From the human T2T-CHM13v2.0 reference genome, Homo sapiens, in the NCBI RefSeq assembly GCF_009914755.1, contig NC_060927.1: a DNA stretch of 64,000 nt; one strand, given 5' to 3'. Positions 1-64,000 of the stretch are shown piece by piece. The position numbers and the translations under genes were made by a program. Below the pieces are notes generated by a model, which made no database searches, was not told the origin of the DNA, and saw nothing but the letters and a program-made list of their open reading frames with translations. Each line of letters opens with the position of its first letter. Positions within the stretch are counted from its first letter, which is position 1.

Positions 1-212
1 AAAAACCCTGTCTCCACTAAAAATATAAAAACTAGCTGGGTATGATGGTGCATGCCTGTAATCCCAGCTGCTCGGGGAGGCTGAGGCAGGAGAATTGCTT
101 GAACCCGAGGCGGAGGTCGTGGTGAGCCAAGATCGTGCCATTGCACTCCAGCCTGGCCAACAAGAGTGAAACTCCGTCTCCAAAAAATAAAAATAAAAAA
201 AGAAAAAGAAAA
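1..212 (+). mobile_element. Alu (truncated by window edge)
   Basis: Alu linker, right arm and A-rich tail. Confidence 0.9.
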
Positions 213-647
213 TACCAAAACACTGGTCAGCATACTGTCACCACAGCCTCACGCAGCCACTACATCCTTGACCCAGCTCCCGGGGCCTCCTCCCCAAGAA
301 TGCCGCATTTGGAGCCCACATTCCCAGGGACCCCAGAATCCTTCCCTTAACAGTGCTCCACTCCAGCTGCACTGCCCCCTCCACATCTGCCTCATGTTCA
401 GGGCCAAGGGCCCCATACCCCAGGTCAGCCCAGGGAAGACCCAGGCCGCCTGCCCATGTATGCCAGGCCAGGACTCACTCCAGGGCAGCATAATTCCTCT
501 TCAGTGAGAGTGAACATGGGGGTGGAAGCTGAACGAAGGATCCCAACACAGACCTGCGAGGAAGACCACAGCACCAGGTGTCGACAGAGCAGGCCAGAAA
601 AAAAACACTTCAGAAATGGAGAACTGGCTACCAAATACAACCTGAGA

Positions 648-2710
648 TTATTTTTTAAAAAGTATTTATTGCAAAGAATGCTGGACACAGTGTTGCATGT
701 GGCTGAGATTCAATACCATCCATTCTGGGGAACTCGGGAAAATATCTGCAACATGGGCACGCCAGCCAGCATGGCCGAAATGTGGCAGCCAATCAGCTAC
801 ACCTCAGCCCATGCGGAGACCATGCCAGGGCAGAGGCCGGGGGGTTGCCCCCACTCATGCCCTGATCCCTGGATGTCCCTCTACCCTGTCCCCAGTCCTC
901 GTAATGCATCCAGTCCAGCAACTCCTAACTCCCCTCTGTACACAGAGAGAAAAGGCCTCGGTGGTCTCACCTCAGATGACATCCAGAGGTACATGCACTG
1001 TTGCTGACCAAGGGAACCCACTATGGCTAACAAATGAGTGTGTCCAGGTGACAAAAGTCACCAAAACTCCAAAATACACAGAAGCAAAGGCTGCAGTCCT
1101 AATGTCCCAAAGGCATGGTCCTTGGGCTCTGGGTCTAAAGGGCTTGGGGCTCTGACAGATGAGTCTGGAAGGATCTTGCCCCGGCTCCGCCTTGGACATC
1201 TCTTAGCAGAGCAGCACACAAGGATGAGAGACCACCGGCCAGGGCCAGGGACGCTAACTTCTCTCAGGGACAGGTGGCATCTGCAGGCTGCAAAGCCCTG
1301 GGAGGCTGGAAAGATGTGCTACCCTCCAGGCACAGGCCAGGAAAGGCTCCGGACACAAAGGACTTGGGATCCAGGGGCCTGGCTTCCCCAGAGTCCACCT
1401 GTGGACAGCAGGGCACCCGATTACAAGTCCAGACACTTTCTGACCCAGCCCCACAACTTGCCAGCCAGTCTGTTTGCCAGCTGTAAACAGACTGCCCAGG
1501 CTGCCTCTCTGGGACCAAAAGAACTCAGGGGCATGACAGACACTGGACTTCACAAGGCCATTTTCACCAGACTCACGTGCACATGAATGGAAGGCTGTGC
1601 TGCGGCCGGGAAAATCCTCCCTTGCCCAGGGACTGCCTATGGGTTCTGCCTTCTCCCTTCCTCAGACCCACAGGCAGAAGTCAACAAACACCAGAGAAGT
1701 TTTACAGGACCATACAAGTGTTTCTGAATTATTTATGGCAAATGCATGTTTCTGCCACCAGTGTACATTCCTGTGTGGACACGGGCAGCAACAGGGGAGA
1801 GGCCGCCTCCCCATTGGCTGCCAGTGTCCACAGCCAGGGAAGGGGAGAGGGGGCGGCAGCCTCTCCCTCGAGCACTTCGGTGTGTGCACCAGGAAGGTAA
1901 CTTCCTGCCCTGTCTTGAAGTGGTTTCACTGTGAGAGCAGGCCTGAAGGGGCACCCCTGGCCACCAGCTCCCCTAAGCATACCTAAGTAGCCGGGTACAT
2001 GCACAACTGGGGAGGGGCGACCACAACTGCCCCCCTGCCCTCACGTTTCTGTGCATCCCAATGTGCTGAAGCAAGCGCATTGCTTTCATGAATGCCCACA
2101 ACTAAGGGTGACATGGATACAACGGCCTGGCCAGTGGCTGCCCAGGAAGCATCTGCTGTGGTTGGGGCTCTAGTTCCTGGTGGGTAAGGATGGGAAGGGC
2201 TCTCCCTCTCACCAGAGGCAGCAGAAGCTCAGGGCCCCATGAAGACCTGGCCTCTGGCTCAGGAAGTGGCCACAGAGAGGATGGTAGAGGCCCTGTGGAG
2301 AGTCACCAGGTCCATGCTGGGCAGCTGGGCCACAGTAGGAACATCACAGCAAGCACTTTCCTTTCACATTGTAGGGTTTCACACTTCACAAAGCCAACTG
2401 AGCTGGCGAGAGTGAACACCTAAGAGCTGCGCCGGAAGAAACTGGGGCTGGGCAACCTCCGCGCAGCCCATGCAGATGCAGTCTGGTCAAGTGACTCTTA
2501 GCAGCAGGTCAGGAGCCACGCACAACCTTGTCGCCGACTGTCAACAAAGAGCCAGGTGGGCTGGGGTGGGGGCTCTGGGTTCCGCCAGCCATGTGTGGCT
2601 TCAAGAATATCCCTGCATGGCATGGTGACTATCACACACACTGGAGGGCCTGGAATGACCCCCTCTGCAGAGAGCAGTGCCTGCCTAGTGGTCACAGTGG
2701 ATGAACATGG
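648..2710 (-). other. PFKFB4: PFKFB4 3' UTR (~2.1 kb)
   Basis: Runs from the TGA at 2711-2713 to the AATAAA at 665-670. The 3' end position is approximate. Confidence 0.8.
665..670 (-). terminator. PFKFB4 poly(A) signal AATAAA
   Basis: tttatt on + strand, followed on the minus strand by a U/GU-rich segment (GGTTGTATTTGGT). Confidence 0.8.
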
Positions 2711-39740
<37,030 letters not shown>

Positions 39741-40505
39741 CCCGGGGCCGGGATGAGTCGGACTGCGCCGCTTCCAACCCAGCAGCCGGGCCACCTCGGG
39801 CCACCCGAGGTCCCGCCCCTTGGGCCCCGCCCCTCCTCAAGCCGCGACAGCCCATGTCTATCTTCCCGCAGGTCCCGCCCCAGAGTGAGTAGGCTCCGCC
39901 CCAGCTGAAAGGGGCCCGGCCTCCGACCACGCATGCCCAACTCACCTACCCGCCCGTTTTGGAACAAGTGGGCCCAGTTCTTCAGGCCAGGATCGAGAAT
40001 GCGCATGCTCAACTCCGGATTGTACTGGTCCCGCCCCAGTTCAAGGCCCGGATTGTGCAGGCCCGCCCCGGATGCGCAAACTCAGCTCTCCCAACCTGCC
40101 CGCGCTGATTTGCATAGGCCCCACCTACGGGCTCCGCCCTGGCGCTGCATCCCTGAGCAGCGGCACGCGTGAATTCTGCTACCTCCTTGCTAGGGAGCCC
40201 AGGGCCCCCAGGAGGGAGGGGTTTTCATGCAGTGGGACGAGGCCTACGTGACCCGCACGGCCAGGTTGGTCAGAGCCGACAGGGGCCAGTAGGCCTGCAG
40301 TCCCAGCCGTCAACTCCGCTGCGCCCTCCTGCCCCTCCTCGGGGTCCCCCTTGACTGCTCCGAGCCCCGGGACTCTTCCGCCGTCCATAGGAGCATGCTC
40401 AACCACGCTGGAAAAGCTCTTTTACCTCATGGATAGAGACTCAAAACACATTTCAATATTGTTCCTCTTTCTTTGCTTTGGCTGCTGGGAGCAAATGCGT
40501 GGGAC

Positions 40506-40896
<391 letters not shown>

Positions 40897-42860
40897 TGAT
40901 TTTTAGTATTTTGGTTTTTTTAACTAAAGTTTTACATATTTTTTGAAAATAATATGTTAATAACATTTTCTCTTCAGGAAAATGGGATGTGCACATTGTC
41001 TATCTTACAGTATTACAGTATAAATTAAGTATGTCAATCTCTAAGAAATTCATTTTAAAATACGTTATGGTTGCCTTTTACTATATTTGTATCTCCCTCT
41101 TGTCTTTGAAAATGCACTGGGGACAAGGAACAAGGGAGAGATCCAGAAGTTCCTAAACCCCTGGCTCACTTTCTTGTTTGGCCCCCACCGGACTCCTGCA
41201 GTTTCCCGCCTCCTCGGGATCCCCAGCCCCGCCTCTCCAAGCTTTGTACACTCTCTGCCCCAGCCCCCACCAACACGGCTTCAACCTGAGCCACACTGCC
41301 CTCTAGCGATGTCATCCACAACACCCCTGGCAGGTGCCCTGCATCCTCAGGTTCTCTCTGCCCAGTGTGTACCCAGCCAGGAGCCAGGTGTTGAGGGCAT
41401 GGGACTGGCAACAAGACTGGCCTCGTGGGCTATAGGTGTAGCACCCCCTCCCATGCCCTCCCTGCCACAGCCCTGCCTTGGATCAGTCCAAGTCCACCCA
41501 GCTCTTTAAAGCTTGGCAAGGACCCTTAAGATGACTGACACAGATGTCTTGCCCACTTCATAGGAACTGAAGATTCCAAAGGTCCACATGCTGGAAGCCC
41601 ATCTGGACCCTCCCCCAAACCAGCTCTAGCTGCTTGCCCTGGGAACACCCTGCCCCAGGCAGAGTCAACAACTTCCTCCTTCCTCATCCTCCTTTTGCAG
41701 TATCTACCCGCTTATTCCTCCACCCCAGTCCCAGCAGATCTGAGCACATCCATGGGCGGCTCCTGATGAGCTGGGTGCCCCTCGTGACCTGCTCCCTACT
41801 TCTCCAAAGCCACTCATTCTGTTCGTGACACAGCCAGCCCTCTTGTCTTCTGGCCACTGCCAAGGCCATCTTGGGGCCACCGTGGCCTCTGAGACCTCAT
41901 TACCACATGCCCACACCCTGTCTAACCCGCAGCACTCATTGCAAAAGCTATCTCCTCTGATATCTACAGACACCCAGCACCTCCTCTGGCCTGTCCATTC
42001 TCTTCCCAGACCTCCTGGGATGCTAATCAAGGGCTGGGGGTAGAGGACAGCTGGCCTGGGCAGGGGGCCAGGGCTATCTCTGGGAAGGCATCCTCACACC
42101 CAGACAGGATGAGCCTGGTTCCCAGGAAATGCAACAGCTCTGCACCTTCCTCTCTTCCCCAGAAAGTCTACCCGTGGCTGACCCAGGCACCCTCCTTCAA
42201 GGCCCTATGTCCAGCTGGAAGGCCACAGGTCAACATCAGGAGATGCCTGGGGTTCCTCCCCAAGGCCACCGTCCACATCTGCTCTGAGGATATTCTCCAT
42301 CTCCCCTCCCATGGCCCTGTTTGTCAGGTGGGAAACTGAGGGTCAGGAAGAGGGAGAAGGGTCCAAGATCACAAAGCGAGTCCACAGTGCAGCATGGACT
42401 CAGCTCAACTCCCAGCCTTCCAGACCTTGCCTGCCACACTACAGTGGAATCGCACAGTCCACCTTCACATGTGTGCTCCCACTCCCCTGTGTCCTCTCCA
42501 TGGAGATGCTGTCCCAGCGTCTGCTCTCTCAGCATCAGCGGATGCCCGGTAGAATCTCTGGCCCTCATGGCTTTTTCCTCCTCAGTATATCCGAAAGTGA
42601 GCCAGCTGTTCTGTCCCAGGCGTGGGAAGTATGCTGGGATGTCTGTACACACGTGTGAACATGTTCTGCTCAGCCTCTGCCCACCATGAACCTGGCTGGC
42701 CTGACCCTGGTTGGCTCCCAGGGTGCCCTCTGCACTGACCACTGGACTTCCTCCCAGTGTCCCAGCCTAGAAGCCATGTGGTGGCCAGTTCTCAAAGCTC
42801 AAACTCTTCCCAGTCCCTGTATCTACTGGCCAGTCCTGACAGAACTGCCAAACCATCCCA

Positions 42861-42862
<2 letters not shown>

Positions 42863-42909
<47 letters not shown>

Positions 42910-43046
42910 CTCGCTCCTGTTACCCAGCCTGGAGCACATAGTGCAATCATGGCTCACTGCAGCCTTGAACTCCTGGCCTCAAGCGATCCTCCCGCCTCAA
43001 CCTCCCAAAGCCCTGGGTTTATAGCCATTAGCCACCACATCTGGCC
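42863..43046 (-). repeat. (CA)~22 microsatellite followed by a FLAM/Alu monomer
   Basis: acac run at 42863-42907; antisense Alu monomer to ~43046. Confidence 0.85.
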
Positions 43047-44008
43047 CACAAACCACCCTTTGCAGCATAAAGACCCAGGGGTTTCAGTGCATGCCACACA
43101 GGCCCACACACTGATGCACACAGAGACACTGGCACAGCTGCACATGCACACACAGACGCACACACACTCACAAGTCCTGCACCCCAGCATGTGCAGAGAC
43201 AGGCAGGCTGCAGTGGGGCCTGCTGCTCTCTGCTGCCTCCCTTCCCACATATATCTCTCCACCCCCAGCCCTGCTGTCCACTGGGAGGTTCAGGAGTTTC
43301 CAGGAATTCCAGCTTCCTCTGGCCATTTCCAGCAAAGGATTGTCCCCTGTGTCTCCCTGGGCCCAGGGCTCACAAGGAGTGTGAAGTTCTGACTTCAGGT
43401 TATAGAACCATGTCACCAAGCAGCCTGGGAACCCTGATCTGCACTTCCTCCTTCCAGCCTGCCACAGGGCGTACAGTAGGTGCTTAGGGATTCAGGACCA
43501 GCAAGGGCACACAGAAAGGGTTCAGAGAGGTTCATGACCAAACTGAGTACACAGCAGGTGTTCAGAGAAGCTCAGGACTGGCACAGGGCACACAGCAGAC
43601 ACCCTAGAAGTGCTGGTTTAAGGGCTAAAGCCACATCATGTGAAACCCATCCTAAATGAGCCTCTAGACTTCCCCAAACTGGTGTGACCCCAAGAGGAAA
43701 CCTGGACAAACATGATCCCTTGGAGGCCAGCAAAGAGCAGAGCAGGAGGGCCTGGGCAGCGCCAGCTGGCGGTCCCTCCCCCTGGGCTGGAGGAAGACAC
43801 TATTTATAGTTCCCCCTTGGCCCAGCCCCCTCTCCCTTGCAGGGCGACAGTTTTCCCCCTCCTTCGGGCCACTGACAGATGAATGGCCCTCAGAGCACCC
43901 CTAAACCAGGAGAGACCCCCCAACACTCTCGCACCCCTCCAGCACCACCCTGACTTCATCCAGGTCTTTCCCTAACCCTCCACCCTCCCCACGCTGTCCC
44001 GTGCCTAC

Positions 44009-44072
44009 CCCGCCTGCTGCTCCCCGGCCCCAGGTCGGTCAGGGAGCTGCCTCCTAACGAGCCTCTGTCCAT
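44009..44072 (-). CDS. PFKFB4: Candidate alternative first coding exon of PFKFB4 (MDRGSLGGSSLTDLGPGSSRR-), would give a 458-aa isoform
   Basis: ATG at 44072, 21 codons + 1 nt, donor G|GTAGG at 44008. Phase 1, in frame with exon 2. Confidence 0.6.
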
Positions 44073-44590
44073 CCTGCAACCAAACTGGCCAGGGCCACTG
44101 CCCCCTGCAGCTCCAGAGTGGGGTAACCCCGCCTAGCACTCTGAAGAGAGAGAAGCGACTCCTGCGGCTCCTGCAGCCCCGCCTCCCCAGCCCACTGTAG
44201 GCCCGCCCCCACAGGGCTGCTTACAACTGTGAGGGCAGCGCCAGTGCCCCCACTCCAGTCAGCCGGCCACGCTGTGGCCAGTACAGTCTCCCTCTCCCGC
44301 CAGAGCTGCCCATGCCACCCAGCGTCTGCCTTCATGTCCACCTAGAGTTGTCTGCACAGCCCAGAGTGCCTGCCCCCTCTGCGGGCAAGCCCGTCCACAC
44401 TGCCTGGAAAGTCAGTTCTGTCTCTGGCCCAGCAATGGAGTTGGGCTGTGAAATCAGGCAAAACCTAGTCCTTCCAAACCAAGGGACCAGGTCAGTTAAC
44501 CGGGGAGCTAGGGAGGAAGGCAGAGAAGCCAGGTATGACTCACCCACCATGTGTCGCGGCCTGGGTGCACACCACTGGGATTCTCGCACA

Positions 44591-44773
44591 TCCCATCCTT
44601 CAGTCGCTTTGTGTTTATTGAGCACCTCCTGCTGCAGGACCTCCATGTCTGCTACATACACAATGCTCACAGGCTTGCTGGTCCCATCCTTCAGTCGCTT
44701 TGTGTTTATTGAGCACCTCCTGCTGCAGGACCTCCATGTCTGCTATATACACAATGCTCACAGGCTTGCTGGT
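44591..44773. repeat. 91-bp tandem duplication, 2 copies, 1 mismatch
   Basis: tcccatccttcagtcgctttgtgtttattgagcacc...aggcttgctgg starts at 44591 and 44682; the only difference is gctacata vs gctatata. Confidence 0.95.
44705..44710 (-). terminator. Probable UCN2 poly(A) signal AATAAA (second copy at 44614-44619)
   Basis: First canonical AATAAA I found downstream of the UCN2 stop (~1 kb 3' UTR); duplicated by the 91-bp tandem repeat. Confidence 0.7.
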
Positions 44774-44782
44774 GTCGCTTTG

Positions 44783-44890
44783 CTTTACAGATAAGGAAAC
44801 CGAGGCTCGGAAAGGTGAACACCTTTGCCCAGGACAGTCCGTGCGTGAAGTGGGACAGAGTTTGGTTGGAGCTCCGGCAGCCTGAGCCCT
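44783..44890 (+). mobile_element. MIR fragment
   Basis: tttacagataaggaaaccgaggctcggaaaggtgaa core. Confidence 0.65.
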
Positions 44891-45344
44891 GTCTCCTGTG
44901 AGCCCTGCATGTCCCTGGGTCGAGGCTGGGGATGCAGGGGTACGTGGGGAGGACAGGGCCTGGCCAGGAGTTGTTCTTGCTTCATGCAGGTTTGGGGGAC
45001 AAGCACCCACTCCTCTCAGACCCCTCACGTACCCTTACCCTGCTCACACACACTCACAGCTGTCAGAGACTCAGCCACACACGCACATATGCGCCCATAA
45101 GACAAGGCTGCCATGGTCACAGGCTTCCTGTGTTCGGGCCTTTGTGCCTGGAGACACCCCTCACAGCCCCGTCCATCTGGGGCAGGTGCTGCCTCATGGG
45201 GCACAGAGCAAGCAAGTGACCCTCAGCCAGCATTTCTCTGTGTGGTGGCCTATGGGATGACAGACCTGTGGGCCTCAGAGGGACTGGTCGGAGGCAGTGT
45301 TGAGCTCTCGTGTTGAGGCTCCTGAAAGTAACATGATGATGACT

Positions 45345-45670
45345 GCATGTGGCGGTGTCCAGGTGTTCTGTGACTATGGGGCACCCAGACATAGCAAGAC
45401 TCGCCACAGCAGTGACCTTACGTGGCAGCATCCAAGCTGTCCGGACATATATTAGGTCTGTGGGGCACACAGGCATGGCAAGACTCCATGTGGCAGTGAC
45501 CCAACTTAGCAATGTCCAATGTCCAGGCTGTCCAGACACACTGTGACTCTGTGGGGCACTCAGATCTGATATGACCTGCATGACAGTGGCTCCATGTGGC
45601 AGTGTCCAGACACTGTATGCCCAGATGTGGCAGCGTCCAGACACTGTATGCCCAGATGTGGCAGCATCCG
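45345..45670. repeat. Degenerate tandem array in UCN2 3' UTR ending in a perfect 31-bp doublet
   Basis: gtccagacactgtatgcccagatgtggcagc at 45604-45634 and 45635-45665. Older ~85-100-bp units share tgtcc..tggggcac..catgtggcagtg. Confidence 0.8.
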
Positions 45671-45742
45671 TCCAGCTGTGTGGCTGCCCTCCAGGTCTTC
45701 CCATCCAGGGTGGCCCTATCACTGTGACCCCCTCTCTCAGGC

Positions 45743-46081
45743 TCAGCAGTGGCCGACACGGGCCAGGATGCGGGCGTTGGTGGTGGCCTGCTCCCTGGCA
45801 GCCCTGGCCCGGGCTTGCTCCAGTAAGATCTGCAAGAGGCCGATGGGGACATCCAGCGATAGGACAATGCGCGAGCCAGGGTGGCGGGTGGGGCTGCAGT
45901 GGCTCTGGGCAGCCCACGGCCATGTGGGAGCAGCTGAGGGGCTCTCTGAGGCCGCAGGTCGGGGAGTGGTCTGGGGAGAATTCTGAGGGCGGAGCTGGAA
46001 GGTTGGGATAGGGGTCACTGGGACAACCAGGACTCTGCCCAACATCAGGACCATCAGCAACAGCAGAGCACACCTGGTCAT
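45743..46081 (-). CDS. UCN2: Urocortin-2 (stresscopin-related peptide) preproprotein, 112 aa
   Basis: MTRCALLLLMVLMLGRVLV signal peptide and CRF-family mature peptide IVLSLDVPIGLLQILLEQARARAAREQATTNARILARV-GHC*. Exon 2 starts at 46093 after a CAG acceptor. Confidence 0.98.
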   Translation of the reverse strand: MTRCALLLLMVLMLGRVLVVPVTPIPTFQLRPQNSPQTTPRPAASESPSAAPTWPWAAQSHCSPTRHPGSRIVLSLDVPIGLLQILLEQARARAAREQATTNARILARVGHC

Positions 46082-46149
46082 CGTGAGGTCAGGCTGCAAG
46101 GAGAAAATGGGCTCAGGGCAGGGGCTCTGGTCAACTGGGGTCCATGGAC

Positions 46150-46470
46150 AGAGACAGATGGCAAGGGCAGAGTGACAGAGCGGGGGATGGAGAGAGAGGA
46201 AGACACCGAGAAAGGGGTTAGAGAGGCCAGGCCAGGCCAGAGACAGAGAAGGGGAGACAAGAGGAGAGCCAGAATGAGACAAAGAGGCAGAAAGCAAGAC
46301 AGAAAAAAAGAAACAAAGAAATCCAGAGACAGAGGGACAGCAAGAGAGGGAGATGAAGGAGATGGAGGCAGAGCAAAATGGAGACTAGAAGAAAAAGACA
46401 GACAGAAACCATCCCAGAGACAGACAGCATGATGGAAAGAAAGATTCAGACAGAAACACAGAGTCCACAG
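46150..46470. repeat. GA-rich low-complexity tract in the UCN2 intron
   Basis: Degenerate gagacaga repeats. Confidence 0.7.
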
Positions 46471-46659
46471 GAGGGCAGGCGGTTCTCAGCAGGAGAGCTT
46501 GCAGCTGATCCAGGAAACAGAAGGGCAGGAATCGGATCTCAGAGGCAGAAAAGCAGCCAGAGATCCCAGAGTCCCCTGGGTCCAAGCCCTCCATAAAGCC
46601 AAACCCCACATCCACTCAACCTCCAAGACCCTTCCCATCCCGACCCAACCCAGTCCTAC

Positions 46660-46742
46660 CGCCACCAGCTGCTTCTGGGGTAAGGCAGCCTGCTGTGGCT
46701 GCCTGGGGCTGGGGCCAGGCACTACTGTCCTGTGGTCTGACC
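46660..46742 (-). other. UCN2: UCN2 non-coding exon 1
   Basis: Donor GCG|GTAGG at 46659, TATA-like GATAAAT at 46764-46770 about 25-30 nt upstream, no ATG in the exon. TSS approximate. Confidence 0.7.
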
Positions 46743-46744
46743 CT

Positions 46745-47270
46745 CTACCCCGCTTCAGGGCCCATTTATCTCCCTCAGCCCCCTGGGGTGGGAGCTGGTA
46801 CATGCTTCCTGGCATGAGGCAGCCCCCCACCTATGACTCATCCCTCCCGGGGGTGTCCTTAGCCCCCACCCTATCTACTCTTTTCCGGGGACAAGTTGGG
46901 GACTGAGAATCACAAGACAGTGACCAGGACTGGGCAGAGGGACTCTGTACCCATGCAGAATAATACCAACCCCCCAAGGAAAACCTTCCCCCTTGAAACC
47001 CCCCATCTTCCCAAACAGTCACAACAGGAGCCTTTTAAAACAGCAGCTTTAATGCCCCCCAGAATCAGCACCATGTCATCACAGGCTTGGGTCAAGGGGC
47101 GGGTCAGACGCCAGTCACATCCGCTCACTGCCCACAGCCACCCCCCCACAGTGAGTCATCTGCCAGGGTGGCAGGAGCCACAATGGGGGTTTGTCCACAG
47201 GGGGGAAGGCTAGACCCACGGGACCAAGTCACTGAAATAACGGACGTGCACACGCACGCTCACGTGCACA
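46745..47270 (-). promoter_or_regulatory. UCN2 promoter region overlapping the COL7A1 3' end
   Basis: TATA-like 46764-46770, AP-1 TGACTCA at 46834-46840 and TGAGTCA at 47152-47158, RCGTG/E-box cluster at 47243-47266. Confidence 0.55.
47048..47053 (-). terminator. COL7A1 poly(A) signal ATTAAA (variant)
   Basis: tttaat on + strand about 310 nt after the stop; GU-rich downstream element TGTTGTGACTGTTT. Confidence 0.75.
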
Positions 47271-47362
47271 CAAGCCTCTAGCACCAAGGGGAGGGACAGT
47301 GGGGTTCTGCTGAGACCCCGACTCCTCCAGGGGATGCTGAATCTCAGCTCATTATCTGGGCC

Positions 47363-63886
<16,524 letters not shown>

Positions 63887-64000
63887 CTGGTGATAGAGAG
63901 AAAAGTCATACTGCACAGGGCAGTCAGGATCTAACTCACTCAGGGAGAGGGGACAGAGAAGGGTCTGAGCAGCAGCTGGACAGGAGGCAGGGAGTGGATG

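Noticed and set aside
456-1586. Two ~180-aa plus-strand ORFs antisense to the PFKFB4 3' UTR
   Set aside because: No recognisable domains or supporting gene signals; lengths are plausible by chance at this GC content.
44591-45670. Direct repeats as a possible CRISPR-like array
   Set aside because: Contiguous tandem copies with no unique spacers, in a eukaryotic context.
45743-46297. 184-aa N-terminally extended UCN2 ORF in the track
   Set aside because: It starts at a non-ATG codon inside the pyrimidine-rich intron. The real exon starts at 46093 and the signal peptide at ATG 46081.

Overview
Human (primate) genomic DNA, recognisably the 3p21.31 locus, with three protein-coding genes tightly packed head-to-tail on the minus strand. 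(1) The 3' part of COL7A1: 66 coding exons (53-118), 3900 nt of spliced CDS, ending at 47363. (2) UCN2: two exons, 112-aa CDS at 45743-46081. (3) The complete PFKFB4: 14 exons, 1410 nt = 469 aa, 2711-39740. Two miRNA hairpins are embedded: MIR6823 (tailed mirtron in PFKFB4 intron 2) and MIR711 (spanning COL7A1 exon 62). PFKFB4 introns are dense in Alu, L1, MaLR, ERVL, MER58 and MIR repeats. The most interesting zone is 43.7-47.9 kb. A weak COL7A1 poly(A) signal lies about 300 nt from the UCN2 start. A COL7A1 exon 117 to UCN2 exon 2 splice would put a single UGA-C stop in front of a 323-codon open frame and 7 nt before the UCN2 AUG. A 91-bp tandem duplication supplies two UCN2 poly(A) signals plus an AUG, followed by a phase-1 donor in frame with PFKFB4 exon 2. 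Exon coordinates were read by hand from splice sites, repeat boundaries are approximate, and I saw no evidence of foreign inserted DNA.
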